Source: Malacoraja senta (Eukaryota). From it: DNA of 64,000 nucleotides. Made by a program: the position numbers and the translations under genes. The stretch lies in NCBI GenBank assembly GCA_038087875.1, contig CM075989.1:18726001-18790000 (forward strand). The letters run 5' to 3'. Numbering within the stretch: position 1 is the first letter of the stretch; the number at the start of each line of letters is the position of its first letter. Below the pieces are notes generated by a model. That model was not told the DNA's origin, ran no database searches, and saw only the letters and a program-made list of their open reading frames with translations. Positions 55,185-64,000 of the stretch are shown one piece after another.

Positions 55185-55488
55185 TTGCACGGTGGCGCAG
55201 CGGTAGAGTCGCTGCCTCACAGCGCCAGAGTCCTGGGTTCGATCCTGACCACGGGGGCTGTCCGTACGGAGTTTGTCCCTTCTCCCTGTGACCTGCGTGG
55301 GTTTTCTCCTGAATCATCGGTTTCCTCCCACACGCCAAAGACGTGCAGGTTTGTAGGTTAATTGGCTTGGTATAAATGTAAATTGTCCCTAGTGTGTGTA
55401 GGATAGTGTTAGTGTGCGGGGATCGTTGGTTAGTGCGAACCCAGTGGGCCAAAGGGCCTGTTTCCACTCTGTAAATCTAAAATAAACT
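55185..55488 (+). mobile_element. HE1-like SINE, full length
   Basis: Matches the family consensus. Confidence 0.88.
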
Positions 55489-55744
55489 GCTTGTCTAGGG
55501 ACCAAAGTTTATAGACTCTACTCCACACAACATAGAGAATTAGGCAGGAAAGAACATTTAAATAAACTATTTTATCCATTTGCTGCAGGCACATAATCTT
55601 CAACTGTAAACTTCAAAGAACACCATCTAGGCTAATAATTCTGGTGTCGTACTAAAGGAGTGCTGGCCTGTTGATGGTTTACAGAAGGAGCTGTCCACTT
55701 TACCAGATACACATACAAGATCTCGTGGCACCATGTACAATATC

Positions 55745-56500
55745 TTTGACCCGAGGCAGCATGAAGTGTAGATGTAGTGGATGGGGAGGTTGGTTTGCAC
55801 GATGTACTGGGCTGCATCCACAACTCTGCAATTTCTTGCTGCTGTCTTGGACAGAGCTGTCGCCAAACCAAGCTGTGATGCATCGCGATAGGATGCGTAT
55901 AGTGGGGCGTCTGTAAACGAAGCTGGTGGGCATCGTTTACAGGCTCCTGTACCTTCCTCCGGGTGGTAGTAGCGAGATGAGTTTGTGACCAGGGTGGTGT
56001 GGGTCTCTGATGATATTGGCCCTTATGTATCTGTAAAAACTGCAACAAGTGAGAAGTTCACTGTTCCATTACCGGTGCATATGACAACTAAACACAAGGC
56101 AAGAGAGTTTTAATGTCATGTGTCCCAGATACGACAATGAAATTCTTGCTTGCTGCAGCACAACAGAATATGTAAACATAATACAGAACAGGAGATAACA
56201 GTTCAGTGTCTATATACCATAGACCATATATATACACAATAAATAAACAATAAAGTGCAATAGGCTGTTATTGTTCAGAGTTTGTTTGATGTCGTGTTTA
56301 ATAGCCTGATGGCTGTGGGGAACCAGCTGTTCCTGAACCTGGATGTTACAGATTTCAAGCTCCTGTACCTTCTTCCCAATTGCAACGGAGAAATGAGTGT
56401 GTGGCCAGGATGGTGTGGGTCTTTGATGATGTTGGCAGCCTTTTTGAGGCAGCGACTGTGATAGATCCCTTCGATGGTGGGGAGGTCAGTCGATGACTCG
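55745..56500 (-). mobile_element. Cluster of Rex1/Babar-like LINE fragments
   Basis: ILSRCITAWFGDSSVQDSSKKLQ motif and degenerate HP.H...LP...RY...TSRFRNS segments. Confidence 0.7.
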
Positions 56501-56971
56501 AACCACCACTGGTTCAGTCACTATCTACCTCATTGGTGACCCTCAGACTATCCTTGATCGGATTTTGCTGGTTTTACCTTGCACTAAACGTTATTCCCTT
56601 ATCATGTATCTGTACATGACTCGACTGTAATCATGCATTGGCTTCATGCTGACTGGTTAGCACGCAACAAAAGCTAATTGTAAATGTTTATTGTACCTTG
56701 GTACTTGTGACAATAAACTACACTGTAAAATCCAATGTAGACATAGATCGCCATCATTGAGACACTTGTGCAGCAGGTGGAAACCGCAGGTTTGCTCCTT
56801 GGTATGGCTAAGAAACTGAGCTCTAGGATTAACAAGATGATGGCAGTGGTCTGTTGAGTAAGATCCATATGGTCCACGACACAAGGGGTGCATTATGAAC
56901 ATTTAAGAAGCTGAAGGGAAAGTCAGCATCAGGGGGGGTAGCAGTTGCAAAATCACCAAGTGCAAGAGTTA

Positions 56972-57282
56972 AAGCCTTGTCCCACTGTACGAGTTCATTC
57001 AAGAGTTCTCCCGAGTTTGCCCTGATTCGAACTCGGAGATTTACGGTAATGGCCGCTCGTAGGTACTCGGGGCTCTCGTGGACATTTTTCAACATGTTGA
57101 AAAATCTTCACGAGTCTTCCCAAGCTTACCGCGTTTCCTGAGTACCTGCCGTTAGCGTTACAAGCCGCTAAGAAACGTCCCGAGCTCCGACTAACCCGTA
57201 CATTCTACGTGCTTACCACGAGTTTGATTATTTTTTTACTCGGGAGAGCTCTTGAATGAACTCGTACAGTAGGACAGGGCTT
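56972..57282. mobile_element. MITE (non-autonomous DNA transposon), PIF/Harbinger-like
   Basis: TIRs of about 45 bp, AAGCC(T/C)TGTCC(C/T)ACTGTACGAGTTCATTCAAGAG; TTA on both flanks (56969-56971, 57283-57285). Confidence 0.85.
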
Positions 57283-58269
57283 TTAAAGACCTGACAAAAT
57301 CTTTGAAAAACTTCAGCTCACACCTTGAGCCAGATCTGCAGCTCTGGTTTCAAAGCCTGAAGCCTGAGGCCTGAGGCAAGCTGAAGCTGGTGATGAATTT
57401 CTGCCCAGTCGATGAAACACAGCCAAAATATACAACTTCAAGAGAATGAACAAAAGTTTAGTTTAGTTTAGTTTAGAGATACAGAGCGGAAACAGGCCCT
57501 TCGGTCCACCGAGTCCACACCGACCAGCGATCATCCCGTACACCAACACTATCCTACACACACCAGGGACAATTTACAATTTTACAGAAGCCAATTATCC
57601 TACAGTCCGTGAACTGTGGGCCGCATGAGTCCAAAGTGAAATAAAAATTGCTCTGCTTATAAATTAAATTTACTGGCAAGCTCTACTAAGGGGGGGAAAT
57701 ATTAAAATCAAAAGTGCAAATACGAAAAAAAGAAATTGAAAAGCAAGAGTGAAAGGATCACAAACAAAAAGTGCTTATGTGTGGTGATTCTTGTACTGTA
57801 CTGTGTACAAAAATGAAGTTCACTTTACCCTACCGGGATGCATCACAGCTTGGTTTGACGACAGCTCTGTCCAAGGCCACTGAACCATTGATTCCAAGTC
57901 TTCAAGTTTTCATCCCGTGGACACACGTGGGACTTTGAGCCCGTTCCAGATATTGAAACTGTACGCCCACATAGATTGACGTCCACACTCGCATCCAGGT
58001 TAAAAGCCAACCATAGCCACCGACTCCCCACTCAAATGGCACACAGAAGCCCAAAGGATATCAGACCAACCAGGTTAAACCCAAATCACTCCTGTGGAAA
58101 CCTTGATAGCATTGCGCATCCAAAGGAAAATGTCTGAAAACAAAGCAAATTAATTCATCAGTCGACTGATCGATTGATTGATTAGTCGATCAATCAATTA
58201 ATTAATCAATTCATTAAAAGAAGCAATTTTTAATTTTTCCACCTCAATCTGATTTCCCATCAAATTAAG

Positions 58270-58561
58270 GTGCGGCACAGTGGCACCGCGGTAGAATTGC
58301 TGCCTTACAGAGCCAGACACAGGTTCAATCCTGGCCTCGGGTGCTGTCAGTACGGTTTGTACGTTCTCCCTGTGACTGAGTGGGTATTCTCTGTGTGCTC
58401 CAGTTTCCTCCTGCACTCCGAAGACATGCAAGTTTGTAGGTTCTGCAAATTGTCCCTAGTGTGTAGGATAGAACGCGTGTATGGGTGATCGCTGGTCAGC
58501 ACGGACTCGGTGGGCCAAAGGGCCTGCTTCAATGCTGTATCTCTAAACTAAACTAAACTAA
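58270..58561 (+). mobile_element. HE1-like SINE
   Basis: Matches the family consensus. Confidence 0.87.
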
Positions 58562-58859
58562 GGGAATCCCTTCTTAATCTGGTGTTTTACTTACATTTTC
58601 TTTTACACTGTGAATTATTTTGACACCAGCTTTAAATGTACTCATTACCCAAAATAACTTCTAGAACTTTGACGGATGTAACATCTGACAAATTAAAAGA
58701 AACAGTTTAATACCTCCAGCAAAACCATACTCAGCTCACACTCGCATTGATCTCTTCAGATTTCGGAACAATTTTATAATCTTCATGATTTATGACTCAT
58801 GACCTGTAAAAGAACTGAGAAAACTGCATTTTACATGTTTTGTGTGAGTTTCAAGTCCA

Positions 58860-59551
58860 TTAACACTATCCTACACCCACTAAGGACAATGTTTACATTT
58901 AACCAAGCCAATTAACCTACAATCCTGCATGTCTTTGGAGTGTGGGAGGAAACTGAAGATCTCGGAGAAAACCCACGCAGGTCACGGGGAGAACGTACAA
59001 ACTCCGTACAGACGGCACCCCGTGGTCGGGATCGAACCCGGGTCTCCGGCGCTGCATTCGCTGTAAAGGGCCTGTCCCACGGGCATGCGACTCCATGCGG
59101 CAAGCGCGACCTAACCGCAAGCGGGGGCCGTGCGGGGGCCGCGCGGAGGTCGCGGGGCCGGTCCCACTTCGATCGCGGGAGCCGCATGGAGTTGTGCAGA
59201 GCTGGTCCCGGCATCGCGCGGGGCTCCAAAAAACTGACACTGTTCAAAAATTCCGTGCCGCAACGGCCTGCCGCATCGAAGACCGTGCGCGCCACATCGA
59301 AGGCCGTGCGCACCGCCTCGCCGCCGTACGCACCGTCTTGACGGCACTCGACCTCCGCGCGGCCCCCGCTTCAGATTTGGTAGCGCTTGCCACATGCAGC
59401 CGCATGCTGGTGGGACCGGCCCTATACGGGGATCACTCGACCTCCGCGCGGCCCCCGCTTGCGGTTAGGTCGCGCTTGCCGCATGGAGTCGCATGCCCGT
59501 AGGTCAGGCCCTTTAGGCAGCAACTCTACCCCTGCACCACCGTGACCGCCC
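58860..59551 (-). mobile_element. HE1-like SINE split by the 59067-59512 MITE
   Basis: The consensus continues on both sides of the MITE. Confidence 0.85.
59067..59512. mobile_element. GC-rich MITE, PIF/Harbinger-like, nested in a SINE
   Basis: Long TIRs AGGGCCTGTCCCACGGGCATGCGACTCCATGCGGCAAGCGCGACCTAACCGCAAGCGGGGGCCG; TAA and TTA flanks; interrupts the SINE motif gctgTAAggcagcaactc. Confidence 0.88.
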
Positions 59552-60409
59552 ATTGTTGGTGGAATCTTGAGCAAAGCACAAAGTGCTGGAAGAACTCAGC
59601 GTGTAAGGCAGCATCTGTGGAGGGAATGGACAGATGACGTTTTGGGTCGGGACCCTCCTTCAGTCTGATGAAGTAGGGCTTGATTACACTTTCTACACCA
59701 GTCTGAAGAAGGTTCCTGACCCAAAACGTCATCTGTCCTTTGCTTACACAGATGCTGTCGGACTCGCTGAGTTTCTCCAGCGTTTTGTTTTATTTCTTGC
59801 TTAAATTTTAGTTTGCTTGTTGTTTACATCAAGACCGTATTTTGCAGAGGGTCCCAGGCCAAACTGATGTCATCAGGAGTCTGAGGGAAAACGGTTCACT
59901 AGTTGGAGATAGACCAAGCATAAAGAGAGATGGACTCCATAATCTAATGCTGCATTGTTTCACTATCCCCAGCCCCACCATCTTCAATGGTAAACCGTGG
60001 GCCAAACGTGGGCAGGTGCGACTAGTGTAGATGAGGCATCTTGGTCAGCATGGGCAAGAGGGCTGATGGGCCTGTTTCCATTGTTAGTAGAAACAAGGAA
60101 CAGCAGATGCTGATTTACAAAACAAGACACTAAAAGCTGGAGTAACTCAGTGAATCAGGCAGCATTTCTGGAGAACATGGATACGTGACGTTTCGGGCCG
60201 GGAGCCTTCTTCAGACTGATTGATCGTTTTCTGTTTAATTGTTTTCTTATTTTAATAAATGTTTTATTTTTAATTTTTAACTTTCTCCATCATTGATCTG
60301 AAGGGCGGCACGGTGGCGCAGTGGTAGTGTTGCTGCCTTACAGCACCATTAACCCAGCTCCATCCTGACCACAGTTGCTAGCTGCATGTAGTTTGCACAC
60401 AAGAGATTA

Positions 60410-61065
60410 GTGTGCAAAATTAGCACACATGGTATTGGGGGTAGGGGTATTGACATGGAGAGAGAACTGGTTGGCATTCAGGAAGCAAAGAGTAGGAATT
60501 AATGGGTCTTTTTCAGAATGGCAGGCAGTGACTTGTGGGGTGCCACAAGACTCGGTGCTGGGACCCCAGTTGTTTACAATATATATTAACGATTTAGACG
60601 AGGGAATTAAATGTGACATCTCTAAGTTTGCGGATGACATAAAGCTGGGTGGCAGTGTGAGCTGCGAGGAGGAAGCTCTGAGCCTGCAGGGTGACTTGGA
60701 TGGGTTGGGTGAGTGGGCAGAAGCATGGCAGATGCAGTATAATGAGCACAGAGTCTCTTGCCCAGAGTAGGTGAATCGAGGACCAGAGGACATAGGTTCA
60801 AGGTGAAGGGGAAAAGATTTAATAGGAATCTGAGGGGTAACTTTTTAACACAAAGGGTGGTGGGTGCATGGAACAAGCTGCCAGAGGAGGAAGTTGAGGC
60901 TGGGACTATCCCAACATTTAAGAAACAGTTACATGGATATGACAGGTTTGGTGGGATATGGACCAAACGCTGCCAGGTGGGACTAGTGAAACTCAGACAT
61001 GTAGCCGGTGAAGGCAAGTTGGGCCGAAGGGCCTGTTTCCATGCTGTATCACTCTATGACTCCAT
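60410..61065 (+). mobile_element. CR1 fragment: RT core fused to the 3' end through an internal deletion at about 60743
   Basis: RKQRVGINGSFSEWQAVTCGVPQDSVLGPQLFTIYINDLDEGIKCDISKFADD, then RTRGHRFKV...TQRVVGAWNKLP. Confidence 0.92.
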
Positions 61066-61435
61066 AATTCCACTGTTACGCCTCCCCGTACCTGCTGATC
61101 ATCTGCCTCCTCACTTGTCCACCCATCACTTGCCAGCCAGTCCCCCACATGTACATTCACACCTCCACATCGCCATGCCGGGGGGTAGATGTGACGGCAA
61201 TAAGTGAATCACACAGCTGCCCTGACTTAGTCCTTTGTCAAGATCATTTAGGGTTCTGCATTTGCACAGCAAATGGTCCATTATCAGATTTAGGAATATT
61301 AGGGATAAATGGGATGGGTTGTTTTTAATCTGCTATTACATCCATTTAAGTTTCTGGAGAGATTTTAGTTGAATATTGCAGGCGGCAGCATCATAAGAAC
61401 AAAATATTACCTTAGGAACCACTAGTTTAGAGATG

Positions 61436-61742
61436 GTTAGGTTTAGAGATACAGCGCGGAAACAGGCCATTCAGCCCACCGAGCCCGCGCCGACCAGCGA
61501 TCCCCGCACACTAACACTATCCTACACACACTAGGGACAATTTACAATTATACCGAAGCCAATTAACCCACAAACCTGCACCTCTTTGGAGTGTGGAGGG
61601 AAACCGGAGATCCCGGAGAAAACCCACGCAGGTCAAGGAGAGAACGAACAAACTCCGTACAGACAAGAACTCGTACTCAGGATCGAACCCGGGTCTCTGC
61701 GGCTGTAAGGCAGCAACTCTATCGCTGCACCACCGTGCCGCA
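61436..61742 (-). mobile_element. HE1-like SINE, full length
   Basis: Matches the family consensus. Confidence 0.9.
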
Positions 61743-63370
61743 CTATAAAACTATAAAAGGAAATTAAATAGAATGTACACTCTTTCCACAAGTAACATAA
61801 TAGGTTCGAGACACAAGTAACTGCAGATGTTGGAATCGTGAGGAAAAAAAACCGGTAGAGATCAGGCAGCATTTGTGGAAGGAATGGAGGAACAATGTTT
61901 TGGGTGGAGATCCTGCATTCAGACTGAGAGCATAGAGAGGACATAGCCAGTATGGGGAGGTGAGAGGCAGCGGTGGAGAGGGGCCATCAGGTGGAACCTA
62001 CATTGGACCCATTATAAAGAGAATGAATAAAATGTGCGCTTTTCCCACAAGTAACATACCAAGTTGGAGACGCCAGATGCTGGAACCTTGAACAAAAAAA
62101 ACTAAGCGCTGGAGGAAATATCCTAGACGGGTGAGTTAACATCTCCTAGGACTGGTCTGTACAATGTCTGAGGAAACAGATTTATTTATCCTGTAGAAGG
62201 AATGGACAGTCGCCATTTCAGGTCAGGACTCCGCATCAGAGAGCATGGAAGGAGATAGGGAGCATAACGAGGTGAGAGGGCGGAGTTTGAATTGAATTGA
62301 ATGGAATACTTTATTGTCACAAGTCACAAGGCACAGTGAAATTCTGTGCTTGCGTACCGTGCCAAGGTATGCAAATAGCCGCCACATCAAGGGCACTTGG
62401 ACAAGGTTACAAAGTATCCCGCGCCGGGTCCACACTTTTTCTCCCCCACCCCTCCCCCTCCCTCATGGCGCCCCCCCCCCCCCCCCCCCACGCTGAATCC
62501 TCCATTGTTCTTCCCCCCACCGCCCCCTCTCTCATTGTGAGTTGGGGACTGGCAGGTGATGGGTAGAACCAGGTGAGGAGGGGGATGAAGCGCAGGTGAG
62601 GGGAGGTGTAAGGGTGGAGTCAGGAGACTGAGGCTGGTAGAGACAGGTAAGGAGAGAGAAAATAAGGGGGGCAGATGGAGGCAAATGATGGAGGGGAGTG
62701 TGGACTTAGAGACACAGGCTGGAAGGTGATATGTAGAGACATAAGAGGCTGCAAATGCTGAGTCAGGTAAGTAAGGAACTAGACAAGGGAAGCACGAATC
62801 ATTGATTTAGTTTAATTTATTTTATTTTATTATTATCAAGTATACTGCGGTACATTGAAAAGCTTTTGTTTGCGTGCTATCCAGTCAAAGACAAGACCAC
62901 ATATGATTACCATCAAGCAGTTCATAGTTCACAAAATCACAAGATAAAGGCTAAACATTTAGTGCATAGATATAACATTGATACAATCATTATACAGTAA
63001 TGATTGCACGGCCCTGACTGAATCCCACACAATGTGTTTAGTGAGTTGACAGATCGGTGTTTGGGAACAGGCGATTGAGTGGAAATAAAACCTCGACTGG
63101 TGGGATAACATCTCCCAGGTCTGCTCTGTGAATTGTCTGAAGAAACAGATTTATTATTCGTTGTACTCTGTTATTGAACGGTGACAGATAATTACATGCT
63201 CAAGATCGGAAAAAACATGATCACGACATCGTTGCTCTCTCAGTCAGTCCACCGGAGCTTACTGTTAAAGAGCTTAAATACATCAGATTTAGTTTAGTTT
63301 AGTTTATTGTCACATGTACCGAGGTACAGTGAAAAGCTTTTGTTGCGTGCTAACCAGTCACCAGATAAGG

Positions 63371-63563
63371 GAAGATAGACACAAAAAGCTGGAGTAACTC
63401 AGCGGGACAGGCAGCATCTCTGGAGAGAAGGAATGGGTGACGTTTCGGGTCGAGACCGTCACCCATTCCTTCTATCCAGAGATGCTGCCTGTCCCGCTGA
63501 GTTACTCCAGCTTTTTGTGTCTATCTTCAGTATAAACCAGTATTTGCAGTTCTTTCCTACACA
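63371..63563. mobile_element. Inverted Penelope-like terminal-unit insertion with a flanking direct repeat
   Basis: 72-bp inverted arms 63371-63442 and 63457-63528; AGATAAGGGA at 63363-63372 and 63567-63576. Confidence 0.8.
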
Positions 63564-64000
63564 TGGAGATAAGGGAGACACAGAAATGAGGTAGACCACC
63601 ATCTTTGAAGAGTTAAAAACGAAGTTAATACTTCACGTGGATGAAACATCCACACTGGCCCTTTCAGACATGAAGAGGAACCTGTTTTGTGAAATTGCTG
63701 TATTCAGTGTTGGTCGGTTCCAGTATACTCTTTTATTTCATTAGCATCAGCATCTTCCAGTTCTAACATTCATTTCTCTTCTCCTACTCTCATTTATATC
63801 CTTTTATTGACACCTCCACAACTCTGATCAGCTATGTTTAACATCCATTAATCACCCTCTCTCTGACGGGCAGCCTAGTGGCGCAGGGGCAGAGCGGCAG
63901 CCTCACAACGCAGGAGACCCGGCTTCCATCCTGAGGTTCTCCCTGTGACTACATGGGTTTCCCCCGGGTGCTCCAGTTTCCCCCCACATCCCAGAGACCT

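Noticed and set aside
58912..59502. Several 94-135 aa GC-rich ORFs
   Set aside because: They lie within a SINE and a MITE; open only because of high GC, with no transposase motifs.
60410..61065. Active autonomous LINE
   Set aside because: Truncated and internally deleted; no full-length ORF2 exists anywhere in the window.
31000..64000. Exons of the expected syntenic neighbour tnfaip8l3 (and gldn upstream)
   Set aside because: I found no recognisable coding exon of either; a small or non-coding exon could be missed without TBLASTN or RNA-seq.

Overview
This is vertebrate genomic DNA, inferred to be from a cartilaginous fish (probably a skate or ray) from its HE1-like tRNA-derived SINEs and abundant CR1 and Penelope-like repeats. 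The only protein-coding gene I can support is an intact aromatase gene, cyp19a1, on the + strand. It has 9 coding exons from 16439 to 30997 with GT-AG introns, internal exons of 151/155/177/115/115/163/242 nt as in vertebrate CYP19A1, and encodes 539 aa from the first ATG. A compact gonad-type promoter precedes it (CRE-like, forkhead, NR5A1, GATA, TATA). The rest of the window is mostly mobile-element debris: HE1-like SINEs, CR1, L2, Rex1/Babar, Penelope-like fragments carrying a hammerhead-ribozyme-like core, two TWA-flanked MITEs and simple repeats. The leads most worth checking are the hammerhead-core Penelope-derived short elements (tandem and inverted), the 5' start/acceptor layout and I-helix Gly of this aromatase, two teleost-looking L2 elements, and the MITE pair. 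I see no clearly new multi-gene system. Repeat boundaries were read by eye and are approximate (about +/-10-20 nt).
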